From Octopus vulgaris (lineage: Eukaryota), in assembly GCA_951406725.2 (NCBI GenBank), contig OX597820.1:64728001-64792000 (forward strand): a DNA stretch of 64,000 bases, in the 5' to 3' direction. Positions 1-14,000 of this stretch are shown here, piece after piece. The notes below the pieces were generated by a model, which was given only the letters and a program-made list of their open reading frames with translations, searched no databases and had not been told where the DNA came from. The position numbers were made by a program, and so were the translations under genes. How positions within the stretch are numbered: position 1 is the first letter of the stretch; every line of letters begins with the position of its first letter.

Positions 1-644
1 AGTATTTACGTTCCTGTAACATAGTGGTTCAGTCAAAGAAACTGATAAAATAACTGCCAGACTTCAAAATAAGTATTGGTGTTCGATTAGTTCGACTAAA
101 AGTTTCTCGAGGCGGTGCACTAGTAGTCTAATCAGCGAAACTAGTAAAAGAATACTTAAATAAAAGATGTACCCCAGCTCTTGTTCGGCAATTCGTTTCG
201 GAAATATACAAGGTTTAATAATATACAAAGCTGTTCAGAGTTATGACCCATCATAAATTATATTTTACAATTTTAATTAATTTACATTCCGAGTATGTGA
301 CAATGACTTTTCTCCACACTGAACGTTTAATCAAAATAATTAGAATGTCTTCATTCGGTGCATTTAGTATGTTAACAGCCACTATACTCTCATCTTAATA
401 TACACTGCAGGAATCCATGCAATTTTACGCATTTAGCATTTTTTCATCTTCTGGGCGATCCTCAGTGATTTACTATAAATTCGAAAACTTGATTATATGC
501 TAATTATTAGACGAAGGTAATTCATAAGTAAACACGCTAGAGTTGAAAGCGTTATAATGCATATATAGATATATTCATTTAAATTCCATCTGTTGATTGT
601 TATCGTTTATTTTCCGATTAAATTTAACCGTTTGTGATGCCATT

Positions 645-646
<2 letters not shown>

Positions 647-710
<64 letters not shown>

Positions 711-719
711 CAGACAGAC

Positions 720-811
<92 letters not shown>

Positions 812-822
812 GGATAGATAGA
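647..822. repeat. Compound microsatellite (TA)n-(GACA)n-(GATA)n
   Basis: Direct reading. Confidence 0.98.
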
Positions 823-2524
823 TATAATGCTACGCTAGACACTTGACGTTACGCCGACTAAAGTATTTTAGAAAGCGGAAGCAGTGTATTGACTATATTT
901 GATAAAATTATGCTTAATTTCATTTACTTTATTGAACGAGCAGATAAGAACAAAAGCGGTAGTTGAAAGTTTGCGTCCACGGTGAAAATAATTTTAAGAT
1001 TCCACTAGCTGTTTGAAAACACAAAGGTATAAGTTTATGTGAGAAATAATTGGTATAGGTATCTGAATATGGTGAGAGAAAAAAACCCAGGAGAGTTTCG
1101 AAATCTAAACAGATTCTTAAAATAGAGTCGGCAGAAAACAATTCGAATTCATGAGATATCATAATCGTTTGCAACGACGGTGACGAATAGTAAATGTAGA
1201 ACAACAGTCAAATGCCTTGCATTATTCTGAAAAATTCCGGTACATCCTTCTTCCGACGGTCTTACAAATTGTTTAAAGCTTCAAACAATAGTCTTTGCAG
1301 CATTTATTCCGGTTGTTTTCATCCGGAGTTCAAGTCACATTGAGATCGACTTTTCTGGTTATCCATGTTTCTCTCAGTTCGATATAATAGAATATTAGTT
1401 AACTGCTGGGATCGATTGTGTTGAATATCCCTTGCAATAAACCCTGGTCGTTAGAAACAATTTAGATAAAAAAAAAAACCTTAATTGAAGGAGCTTTTAG
1501 ACTACAATAGTTCTGTGAAATAATTATTTTATTTTATGAATATTTTTCTCCTCTACCAATTCATTTTTTGACCAAAATTCTCAAATCTCAACGTTCTTTT
1601 CAATTGCTTTTAACCTTTTGTATATTTAACATAATTTAGATATTTGGAGATGGTTGTCACTTTAAGATTTTAGATATAGCGTGAAATTCAGACATTTACA
1701 TAACGTGAAGGTAAATGATTAAATTGAACGATATTGAAAACTTTGAAATATTAAAAGATATTTGTATAATTTTATACTGAAATAAACTTGCAGTAAGCAG
1801 AATTTCAATCTACTTTACCACAGAAAAAAAATCAGTGTTCTCTTTCTTCAGACATGTCAAATCGTATTAAATATATAGATGTTGGCCAGTACGATATATG
1901 ATATAAAATGTAAAAAAAGCATTTTAATTATATAACATATAAATGATATTATACATAATATATATCACTCAATATATAATATATTACATAATATATCATA
2001 TAATATGTAATAATTAATATATAATTATATGCTACATATAACATGAAGCTCTAGACTTTTAATTAAATAAGATAATTACATAAAGGCAGTAATTTATGTA
2101 AAATGATGGCCTTGTAGACTTTAAGTCGGTAAATTCATCTCTTAATATGCATATATCTATTAGGAGTGGAAGCTGATAGAATCGTTAGCACGCCGCGCGA
2201 AATGCTTGCGGCATTTCATCAGTCATGACGTTCTTAGTTCGATAGTTCGAATTTTGCCGAAGTCGACTTTGCCTCTCAACGTTTGGGGTTTGATAAAATA
2301 AGTACCAATTGAGTATTAGGGATGTAATTGACTTCCTCACCCCTACATTGCTGGCCTTGTGCACTGAGGTCGATGTAATCGGCTTACCGCCATCCCACCC
2401 CAAATTACTGGTGTTCTGCAAAAACTTGAAACCAGTGTATTTGTACCTATTTTAATTACAATTTATATACACTAAGATATTCGATTTGTGGATACATTTA
2501 TATGAAAATAATAACTGTTATGCA

Positions 2525-2698
2525 GGCGCAGGAGTGGCTGTGTGGTAAATAGCTTGCTTACCAACCACATGGTTCCGGATTCAGTCCCACTGCGTGGTAC
2601 TTTGGGCAAGTGTTTTCTACTATAGCCTCGAACCGACCAAAGCTGTGAGTGGATTTGGTAGACGGAAACTGAAAGAACTTCGTCGTATATATAATATG

Positions 2699-2735
<37 letters not shown>

Positions 2736-2926
2736 TTGTGTGTCCGTGTTTGTCCCCCCAACATCGCTTGACAACCAATGCTGGTGTGTTTACGTCCCCG
2801 TAACTTGGCCGATACAATAATTACTTGGCTTCCAAAGAATATGTCCTGGGGTCAATCTGCTCGACTATAGGCGGTGCTCCATCATGGTCGCAGTCAAATG
2901 ACTAAAACAAGTAAAAGAGTAAAAGA
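2525..2926 (+). mobile_element. tRNA-derived SINE family B (CORE-like segment, internal TA/TG microsatellite), full length
   Basis: ggcgcaggagtggctgtgtggtaa...ggattcagtccc...ttgggcaagtgt; tail aagtaaaagagtaaaaga; many copies in the window. Confidence 0.9.
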
Positions 2927-5261
2927 TCCTGGTAATCGTTTTTTTTTTTAGCGCGCGTATGAACAACCTATAAAAAAACTATTATAATATAAGTTTATAT
3001 TGAAATAAAATAAATGGAAGTGTAGATATCATCTGTGATATTTTAGTAGATAGGAACTTACGTTGTAGCTCTAATAATCGAGATTCATGACTGAGTATAG
3101 TTTTACTGCGTCAATGTATCTGAACAATAAATATTACAAAACTAGTTTCCGCAATGCTTGCTTTCACTTTAGGCGCAATACTTATGAAACGGGGGGATAA
3201 TACTATGTTGCTTTTCCTGGTAGTTAATATTTAATGATTGTTTAAACAATACAGTAGGTAAATTGTATCTCGATACAGTTGCATCACAGTCTTAGAAAGT
3301 ATCCTTTACCTTGTATTAGTTCTACCATTGCAGAATGCTCTCTCATAATGACGGGTACATTTTTATAAACGAGGTTTTAAAAAAAATGCCTAGTTAACTT
3401 TAGTATAGTGTGTTAGATTTATTCCATTTTTTGTCGAACTACTGTGTTCAAATTCTATTGAAATAAGTTTTGCCTACGTCTTCTATAAATAAATAATAAA
3501 TTAGCATTACTGGCATTCTACCCGAAAATATATGTATTTAGACGAATTATATTTACACTGAAATACTGAATTATGTTGAGACAACGGAAGTTAATGTTTG
3601 TATAATAATTCCTGTGATACTAAGCATATTAGAAATAGTCTCCGATACAATAAGTTTTATATTTTCTTTTGTAGCCGTGTGATTATTGCAAATTCTTATG
3701 TTAATATTCATTGCATAAAGTTAGTTTACTCTAACAAAATTCCTACATCCTTCTTAGACATTTAAATGTGTTGTACCACGATTAGATTATATTTCTGTGA
3801 CAAGGACGCTATCGTGCCCAGCGCCATTCTCCTGAGTACTGAGCTATGCTAAATAACCATCTTTGGATTCAAAAACACTATTGGATCCTAAATATTGGAC
3901 CATGGTAAATGTTATTTACTTTGTACATTACTAACTCTCTCTCTCTTTCTGCTTCTCTCTCTCTCTCTCTTTCTCTCTGTTTTTGTTAAACATTCCAAAT
4001 GGATGAAAGTTGAGGTTGTTTGTGCAGGAAGCAGGTGTTTACCAATCCAGTTCTAGCCATAAAAAAATATGCTTTACAAACAAACAAATCTGGTGTTTAA
4101 CAATCCAGCACTCGTCATAGAAAAATAAAACTATGGGGTTTCAAGAATTATTTTGTTTTGACGTTTTCAGCGTAGAAAAGGTCAGCATACACGAACTTCT
4201 TTCCAGATTTTCTACATTGATAACATGCAGAGAGAAAAAAGCAAAAAAAGCAAGATTTCTAATGGACTGCAAACAAACAGGTATTATGTAGGCGTGAAAC
4301 AACAGTTAAGTTGTCTTGCGTTATTTTTTGAAATCTCCTGCATTCTGTGTCAAATTAGCAACTATGTCAATTTGAATATCATCTTTCTGGCTTCTGTAAA
4401 AAAAACAAGACTGAATACATTTTAATCAACGGAATTCCTCTACAAGGAGATTTTCTGTCACGCATCCATCTTAGAGATCATATATTAATCATTAATAATA
4501 TCTGTATCCACTACGTACTCTTGTTTTTAAAGCAACTACACAAGTTCTACTTGCTTATCAATCTATCAATAGTTTTGATAAATTGCAAGCAATTAGGTAA
4601 TTAAGATGGTTGTTGAATAAAATGTTTGAATATAAGTTTCGTTTTAATATAGAGAGAGAGGTTATAGAATTGTAGGATACAAAATTATCGACAAAGAAAT
4701 CTAATTAAATATTGTCGAAATTATGATAAAAGTGTTAAAGGAAAATTACTCAGAAAAGAACTGCAAGTAATTGGAATTCACCACGTGATTAGTACACTGA
4801 AAGCAAAAATCACTCCGTAAGTAAATAGTACACGTCTTGTAAACAGTACACAGAAAGTAAATACATAAGTGAGACGTGCAAAATACATGACATTTTCGCT
4901 AAGTGCGATGCTATGAATGTTTAATATTTTGAGTTCATTTTAGTTATATTCCCAGAAGCAATTCGGGCTGCTTACAGATAAGCTATGGACATATCCATTC
5001 TTCGTCTGAGAGAGACGCAACAGAAAAAGGTCGACGGCGAAATATTTCTTGGTATATACTTCCGGTAAATATTTCTGAAAGTACAAATTGTGACGTAAGT
5101 TACTAAAATATGAATGAATAAGACAAGCAGTATTGTTATATACTATATACAAAATAAATTACATGGAGCGTCTCAGAATTAACTATCTATTTCAATAAAA
5201 TTGGGCTAAGTAATAAAAACGAAAAAAAAACTGACACAAATGTGTTTATTACTTAATTATG

Positions 5262-5594
5262 AAGGCGCATGTCTCAGTGGTTAGAGCGTCGAGCATACGA
5301 TCGTGAGGTTGTGTGTTTGAATCCCGGACAGGGCTGCGTGTTGTATTCTTGAGCAAAACACTTTATTTCACGTTGCTCCAGTTCACTCAGCTGTAGAAAT
5401 GAGTTGCGATGTCACATGTGCCAAGCTGTATCTGCTGTTACCTTTCCCTTGGATAACATTGGTGGCGTGGAGGGGAAGGCCGGTATGCATGGGCGACTGC
5501 TGGTCTTCCATAAACAAACTCGCCCGGACTTGTGGCTAGGAGAGTAACTTTCTTGGTGCAATCCCACAGTCAGTCATGACCGAAGAGGGTCTCA
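5262..5594 (+). mobile_element. tRNA-derived SINE family C, full length
   Basis: Head ggcgcatgtctcagtggttagagc...gtttgaatccc (A/B boxes); 11-bp TSD acttaattatg at 5251-5261 and 5595-5605. Confidence 0.9.
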
Positions 5595-6704
5595 ACTTAA
5601 TTATGGTACCAAAACAAATGAATTTATACGTTAGGTCAAACCTTTATTGAAAATTCTCAACACTCGCTCCGTCTATATACTTCCAAATTTGACATCTATC
5701 CTTAGCGCACCAGTTTAAAGTATTTCAGGAGTTATCTCCCTCAATGCTAACTGAATGCGTTCTTTAAGTTCATCTAAACCACTGCTTCATCCTGTGGATG
5801 GGAGTAGAGAGATGGGTTGCTGCCAAATTGTAGAAAAGCAGTTATGGACAGATAAGTGGGATCCAACAGAAATAAAGATAATATCAATAACAATTATAAA
5901 AGTTATAACATTATAAGCAAAATATAAAATTTATACATTTTTAACACATTAAAAATAATAAAGATACATAAAGAGAGTTATTAAAAAAATTGTCAGATTT
6001 CACCGAGATTGTTCATACTCGGACATTTTGTATGTTAATATGCTGTATGTTAACATATATATTAATATGTTGAGAGTTCCAGTAATTTGTGGATACTTGC
6101 TGTGTGCGTGTGTGTGTATGTGCGTGTCCATGTGTATGTGTGTGCGTATGTCTGTGTGTAGTTAGATATATAGATATAGAAATATGTATATTTAGACATA
6201 TATGCTTATGAATGTGTAAGTGTGTGTAAATATATTTATACATAAATACATACAAGTGTGTGTCTTTGTTCATCTTAGCTCGCCCCACCACTCCACCGCT
6301 TCAAATCCGGTATTGGTTTACGTTCGAGTAAATTTGGTTCGGCAAATGTGACCGATTGAATAAATCTCAGACATAAAAGTCAAGGTCCAATTTGTAGTAG
6401 TTAATTGAAGGTTGTGCATCAGAATAAGAACCATGGCTTTTTAAGAGGAGTAATACGCCTGAACATATGGCATATTGTAAACTATGAAATCGACTAGCAT
6501 TTGACACTTACAATGCTCGTTTTATGAACATTACACTGTTTGAACATTATACGGTATCAAGGAGGTGGGTTTCCTCAGAATAATGGGATGAAATTTTTAC
6601 GATACGTTTATTCTACAATAAAACCATATCAATAGGCGTAATTCTGTTGGTTATATACATATACAAGCACATATATGTACGCTTTCATACATCTTTGTAT
6701 ACCA

Positions 6705-6705
<1 letters not shown>

Positions 6706-6738
<33 letters not shown>

Positions 6739-6803
6739 ATAATTCATATAAATATGCATATATATATATATATGTGTGTGTATGTATATAATTCATATAA
6801 ATA

Positions 6804-6848
<45 letters not shown>

Positions 6849-6869
6849 ATGTATAAATATATTTATATA

Positions 6870-6947
<78 letters not shown>

Positions 6948-6960
6948 TATGAATATATAT
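6706..6960. repeat. Interrupted (TA)n microsatellite
   Basis: Direct reading. Similar tracts at 16790-17125, 28737-28822, 32168-32330, 33962-34045, 35505-35587 and 40868-40913. Confidence 0.97.
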
Positions 6961-6969
6961 AAATACATT

Positions 6970-7165
6970 CGCCATACTAGAGCGTTGAACTCTATACGTT
7001 TTTTTATAATTCTCTCTCCGCTGATTTTCTCTTATTCCTTTCTGTTTAAGTGCGTAGGCTCAAACGGTAAAATACTTTTTCATTTTTCCCGCACGTTAAA
7101 CCAATACAATTGCGTGTTGTTCATACACCTGCCTACGTCTTCTGTTTTGCTATAAATTTCAATTA
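6970..7165 (+). mobile_element. Decayed copy of the 53160-53361 Penelope-like terminal repeat
   Basis: ttcctttctgtttaagtgcgtaggctcaaacgg...aaatttcaa aligns by eye to 53233-53361; starts next to a (TA)n tract. Confidence 0.5.
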
Positions 7166-7299
7166 TATTAATATATACTTACATAAATACATACATCCGC
7201 CCATCTATCTATGCATGCACACATACATACATACATACATACATACATACATACATACATACATACATACATACATACATACATACATACATACATACA

Positions 7300-7852
7300 T
7301 GGCGGCTGCCCCCTCGTTATCGAGTATGGCCATTGCACGAAGCTTAATCAATGTTGTTATCATACAATGCCTGTGCAAGACGATTTCTTTTAAAGTGAGG
7401 AAAGGCTGTGCACCGAGTCAATCCCACTCGCTAAGCAACAGCAGCCATAATCCGAAAAGACGAACAAGTCAACATCATCGGTAACCACTGAGCCGCAAAT
7501 TTTATGTCGGAGTTATCCCAGTTACCTGAGTTACCTTCTCCTAGAAGGATACCCTAACAAAGGCTAGGAGTCCTTCACTTCCAATGTTTTAAGCGCGCGA
7601 TCGGGTATTCAGTCCGATTATTTCTATGTCCCCGCGCATGATACATCCTTAAGACATTTATTAGAAGGCCGATGACTCTCAAGAGTTCCTCCGCCCTTTG
7701 ACGGGTTTTGTTTTTCATCCCGCAGGGTGTCCAATAAACACCCTCCTCACCAAGCAAACTTGGTGGGGTTGGCGGTTTAGTCGCTGACGACCCGACCATG
7801 CAACAGGTTGTACTGGGTTACATGTTACTAGTATTACTCGAAAGTGACCTGA
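7300..7852 (-). mobile_element. Non-autonomous RTE-derived element (5'UTR-like part joined to 3' end) with (TATG)n tail
   Basis: Minus-strand ctagcctttgttagggtatccttctaggagaaggtaact resembles an RTE 5'UTR motif recalled from memory; GC-richer insert between (CATA)n tracts. Confidence 0.5.
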
Positions 7853-7878
7853 CATACATACATACATACATACATACA

Positions 7879-8025
7879 TCATCATCATCATTGTTCGACC
7901 GTGGTCGAGACAATGGCATTTACTATGTTACGCCAGACTTCACGGTCCATCATAGCATTACGGAGGTCCTGTTGCTGGATGCCTGTATCCCTGGAGATTA
8001 CATCCTGGAGATTACATCCTGGAGA

Positions 8026-8031
<6 letters not shown>
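7879..8031 (-). mobile_element. RTE-clade LINE 3' end with (TGA)n tail
   Basis: Minus strand reads DVISRDTGIQQQDLRNAMMDREVWRNIVNAIVSTTVEQ*; 14-bp unit cctggagattacat x3 at the truncation point. Confidence 0.7.
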
Positions 8032-8069
<38 letters not shown>

Positions 8070-9443
8070 CGGTGATCATTTATCTTTTTCTTGTTTCATT
8101 CATTCGTCTGCGGTCACTCTGGAGCACTTCCTTGAAGGATTTTAGTCGAACGAATCAACTCCAGTACATGTTCCATCTGTCACATTTGCCGAAACGCTAG
8201 TTTCGAGAAGAATAAAAAATCCGGCACTGGTTGTCAAACGCTGGTGGTAAACAAAAGCAACCACACACATAGAAACACATAACTCACTTATTCCCGTTTC
8301 CGACTACCACATACACTCACAAGCTATTCGTTGGATTGGTGCAATAGAAGAATTGCCCAGGGTACCATGCAGTGGTACTGAACTCGGAACTCTGTTGTTG
8401 GAAGGCAAACTTCATACCACACAACTAATGTAAATAATTATTATCGTTATGGGAAAATAGGAATTGCTGCAAAAATTTTTTTCAAAAAATCATGTTCAGA
8501 ATATATATGTTTACTTATGTTATTTGTAGCTGTTAAATAGTTTTATCGCTATAATAAAACAAGCAAAAAAGGAAATAATAATAATAATGCGCATAGCTAA
8601 TAATGTTTTACGTAATAGCGCTTAAAAAATTGACACATACACATCACTAAAAGCATTACGTCTCTCTAAATAGATATCTATCTCTGTATCTAATGATCTC
8701 TCTTTCTTTCTCTCTCTCTCTCTCATATATATATTTATATTTATATATATATATATGTATGTATGTATATATATACATATATATACTTATATATATGTAT
8801 ATGTGTAACATGTGTGTTTGTCTCTCCTTACATGTATGGGAGTATGCGTTAGTGTATGTGCAATTTTAAGGATATATATATATATATATATGTATGTATA
8901 TATACATGTATGTATCAAATTGTGTATGTATAGAGACTTTTGCGTTAACGTGTGTATGAGAAAAATTGTAACTGACTATAAATATTTACCGAATCAATAA
9001 AAATATTAGTCAAATACTAATATTTTTTCTCATATTATAATTATTTCTAGTTCAATTTTTAACTTAATATTAAATAAGATTTAATATGTTTACTCTGAGA
9101 CTATTGGCTTGCATTAATTAGGTTTACACTGATATAGAACATTCCTGTGCCACACTGACGTATATGTTTAGTATATTATATTAAATGTGAAGCGCAATGA
9201 GGAGATTAAATAAGACCGAGACGCGTGTGTTTAGAAATCCAAATGCAGATACATATATATGAATTTAACTAATACGGTGGTACTCATAAAAATCTCCTTT
9301 ATGGATCCGACCAGAAATCACATAATAATCAAAACAATGCAATGCGATACGATTATAGTTGTATGGGAGTCCATTGGCGAAAGAACTTTTTTCATCTTAT
9401 AGCTCCTCTCGTTCTTTATATTTTATACAAATATATAAGTATA

Positions 9444-10125
9444 CATGGGGTGAACAAAACAACAGAGACATCTTAAAATCTGAAATTTATTTTAATATGG
9501 GGTAGAACCGTCATTGGCAGTTATTACTGCTTAAGTTGTACAAGGTACGAACTCCTACAAAATTTGAATTAGATCCAAAGGAAATTTTGTGCTTTCTTCA
9601 GCTAAAACAGTATCCAGTTCTTTTAGTGATGATGGTAGAGGATATCGACTGACTCCTTACTTGTTTTTCAAAAATGCACCATAAATGTACAATAATATTG
9701 AGATTTGGGGACTGAGGCAGACTGATAAGATATTCAACTTCACTAGAATGTTCCTCGAGCCATTCAGTAACAATTTTAGCAGTGTGATTTGGTGCATTTT
9801 CATCCCAAAATATTGCATTTCCCTCTGGAAACAGTTCCGTAACTATAGATTGAATTTGATCAGATAAAATGATTAAATAGTCTTTACTATTAATTCTACT
9901 ATAAAGGGAAGCAATTGAACCAGCGGATTTCCAAGACCTAGCCCCCCCCCCCCCACCAGATCATCACAGATACTCCTCCATGTTTAAGAATTGGAAGAAG
10001 GCAGTTTGCGTTAAATCCTTCTTTGGTTGTCTCCACACGTATACTCGGCTGCTGGTAAAATAAAGTAAAAGGTGACTCGTCCAACAAAATAGCATTCTTC
10101 CACTGCTCTAGGGACCAATTCCGTA
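9444..10125 (-). mobile_element. Tc1-family transposon remnant (catalytic region + one TIR)
   Basis: WSLEQWKNAILLDESPF, LKHGGVSVMIW, WDENAPNHTA, SPNLNIIVHLW motifs; TA followed by catggggtgaacaaaa TIR-like end at 9444. Confidence 0.85.
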
Positions 10126-11027
10126 GGGGCAACTGCTCTAGGGACCAATTATGAATACATATGCACTGACAGAGAAGCAGGTCTGGAAAAGGCCGAATCG
10201 AGTGGTTCTTACTGATGAGGCTATGGAATTAGACGAAAGTGACCGATCAGTGTATGAAATTCTTGACCAGTGCTTTGGGGCATTTACGATCCCTGTAGAT
10301 ATGTATACAATTATGTGCTTTAACTACAGTATTAGAGCATTTTTGCTCTTATTTTTAGCAATAGATATATTACTAAATATATATATATACACATATATAC
10401 ATATATATACATAATAATATATATCTATTCATTTATATAGATAGATAGATATTGAAGCGTGCATTTCTTAAGTACGTGTGAATGTATGTATATATACATA
10501 ACAACTTTCCTCAAAAGTATATAAGTATATCAAATAAATTTTCAGACACAACTTATTCATATCTGTTTTGTCGACCAATTATTAGCTTACATTCCGTGCC
10601 ACTGAATTATTTTTATCGTTGTGTCATAACATTAACTGCTAAGTAATAAATGCTCTTTATTAACAGCAGTATATGCGTGGTTCTGCCTCTGTATTTATTA
10701 TAACTAGAAATAGTTTTTAGTCACGGTCGGAACTACTTTTCGATAAAGAACCAAAATGTATGCATATGTTTAATGGTGTGTTACGTAATATTACTTCAAA
10801 TATAATTGGCAAATACATATTACTAAACACTTTGTATAGGTATATGTACTATATATATGTGCGTTTGTGCTTGTGTGTGTGTTTGTGTGTGCGTGTATAT
10901 GTATGTCTATGAATATATATCTTATATATACATATATATGCATGCATATTCATAAAGTGCTTATATGCATACTCCTAGAGATATATATATGTATATATTT
11001 ATATTCTTATATATGTTTTATATATAT

Positions 11028-11081
<54 letters not shown>

Positions 11082-14000
11082 GTATGTATTCATGTTTGTG
11101 ATTATTAAGTCCTTCCTAACATGTTTAATTCGGGGAGGATTAATCTAACTAGTCTAGAGACACATTCAAATATATCTCAGGAAACGCTTGATTGACATAT
11201 AAACAATAGCTAAGTTTATGTTAAGAGTAGTTAATACAGAAATCATTAACTGAATAGAAATATTTGTTGAATCAATAAAAATGATATTTGGCAATACAAT
11301 AGTAATATTTTCATCGTTGCATAATTATCTCCTGTTAGATTTTTAAATACACACAACATCAAATATATTTCCACTAAGTTATTTAATGCTCCTTGCATTA
11401 ATTTTGTTTCTACTAACTTGCGGTATTTCTATACCAATTCTGTCATTTTAAGTTCTGGCAATACATTTATAAGTGTATGGCTTCAAAGAAGCTCAAACAA
11501 GTTCTGGTTTTTGAATTTATTGCATAAGACGAAATTAATCCTCACTGTCTTATACATTTTGTGGATTTTTATTTAATTTCCGGGTTAGTCTCCAATGCGT
11601 TTTTAAACAAAAGCGAGCCATCAAGATAACGTTATCTAATTAGTGTAAATTAGAACTGATTATAGTATTTGACATATTACATGAAATATTACAGCATCTC
11701 AGTGCCCATATATTATCCGAATGCTTAGAATAATTTGATCTTTTTGGTACAGTTGAGTTATTGCCACCGGAGCCTTCTAATTCCATTCAAACTTGCAATA
11801 TTGTGTTTGCGACTAAAGCGGCAAGCTGCTTGAATCATTAACTCGTTGGGCAAAATGCTTAGCAGTATTTCCTTCGTATTCACACTCTTTGTTCAAATTC
11901 CACCGAGGTCGACTTTGTCTTTCCCCTTATCCGGGTTGATGAAATAAGTACCAGTTCAGCAATAGCATCTCTGTAATACTCAGCCTCTTTCTCGAAAGCT
12001 CTAGCCTTGTGCCAAAATTTGAAACCACTATATTGGTTGTGATTTCTCAATCGCTGTTTTCTGAACACATGGCAACAATAATTATATGCCATTTTATTTC
12101 CTGTGCTAGCTTTTTCAGTGCTTTGGTGAATCTGAATGAAAAACTTTTTTAATTGGTTTGAAGAGAGTAACATACTGATAATTTATTGTTCTCAAATAGC
12201 ACAATTTTATGTAAAATGAAGTCATTGAATTCCTCCTGTATGTACCATTGTTATATTCTTTCTCATATTTCAACCCCGTCCTGAAAACATACTATTACTG
12301 TAGCATTGCCTTAATGTGACTTGCCCGAATGCATATTCCGATGTAGTGCTTATTTCATCGACATTTATTTGTTTAATAACGAAGTGTTACAGTAAATGTA
12401 TGAAATAACTAAACACGAATGCAATGTGCTTTACCTGTATACATGTGTGTTAGTGCTTGTGTGGGAGCATGTCGTGCAAGTGTATGTGCAAATAATGGAC
12501 GAGATTCTGCCATGAGTCCATCTGTAAAATTTCAAAAACAACTGATATTGTTACGTAATTGTTAATTTCTCTTACTTCTCAATAATAAACTATTGAATAA
12601 TTTATTCTATTATCTCATAATTTAGCCAATATATTATAAACATTCTTATTAAGAGGGCATTTGTGTTTCTGCCTGCTAATTTATAGCACTAAAATTATAT
12701 AAAAGTGATGTGTATGCTTGTAAAAATAACTGAAAAATATATATTGGCAAATGATTGATATTCTCGTGCACAAATTATGGTTGAATTAGAGTTAACATAT
12801 ATCATGCAGGGAGCTTTTAAAAAACTAAAAATGCTTGCAAATACATATCATACAATTACTCTGTGAAAGACATTAGGAGAATATTCATAGACAGTAAAAC
12901 TACATGTATTTTACTTTTTTGTATACATACAACAAAAATAAACAACTTCCGATCTAACTGGTACAATAATGCAATAATGCTTAAACAGCACATACTTTGA
13001 AAGAACAGGTTTCAAATAGGTTATATCGAACCGAGAAGTATAACATCTTTGATGACAATTTTAATGAAAGGGTGGATTTCACAAATCTACTTTTAGAAGA
13101 GATTTAAAAAAACAAAACATTGACAATACAAGAGTTAAATAGAATAAATTTGGTTACACAATATGATTGACATATTAACTGTGCATATCGTGTTGCAGAA
13201 AATATTATGGAAAACTTACATGAATATGTTTGTGATATATCAGTTCAATAAGTTGTTTTACAGGAAATGTTCAACTTTCCAGTTTATAAAATCAAGTTGC
13301 CCAAGTGGATAATGGCCAGCTGCAAACAGAAACGGAATAAATAGATATGATGTTGTTTCAAACAAGTAAAAGTTATTCGTCGGATGAAAATACAAGAGGC
13401 AACTGTTAACTAGCAGAAAAAGATGCAACAGGTGATGTGTTATTTCTCGAGTCAAAACGGGAAGAGTGAGTGAAAAGCTTACAAATGCGCGTAAGCAAAC
13501 GTTTCCTGTAGATATAACCAATAACTCAATTAATATCTGTGTATTTAAATGAAGTAATTACCGAAGCAGTGAAAATCATTTTAGTTAACGACAAAAGTTA
13601 CTTTGCTCTCACCACAAAGTTAATTCTATTTGGTATTTCAGGGTTTTGCATTAGATTTCTCAAAAGAAACTCACAATATCCGTATCCCTGCTTACCATAC
13701 AGACATCTGGGAACATAGCCAAATACGTTTTTCTCATGAGCTACAATATTATCGGAAGCATATTCGTGGTTGCGTATGTAACCCCTTATCACTGAACTCT
13801 CTGTTTAATCAAATGTCCTTAAGTGACACATATTTTGATTTACGTTTTGAGTTTGAGGATTTGGGTATTCACAAATAAGACTTTTGCATATAATTTGTTG
13901 TTTAAAATGTCCAAATGCATAATTGGACAATGTCCAGTCATAAAAAGAGAATTTAACGTACGTATTTCGAAACAGAAGAATTTGTTCTGTCGATTTAATT

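Noticed and set aside
5262-5335. tRNA-like sequences (also at 38171, 43455-43529, 61326)
   Set aside because: Heads of SINEs that continue into SINE bodies, some with TSDs; acceptor stems do not close.
6733-7484. YI/HT/CV/I-rich ORFs here and throughout the ORF track
   Set aside because: Translations of (TA)n, (CATA)n, (TG)n and (ATT)n microsatellites.
7680-7852. Possible HDV-like ribozyme at the 5' end of the RTE-derived element
   Set aside because: Some RTE elements carry them, but I could not assemble the nested double pseudoknot by eye.
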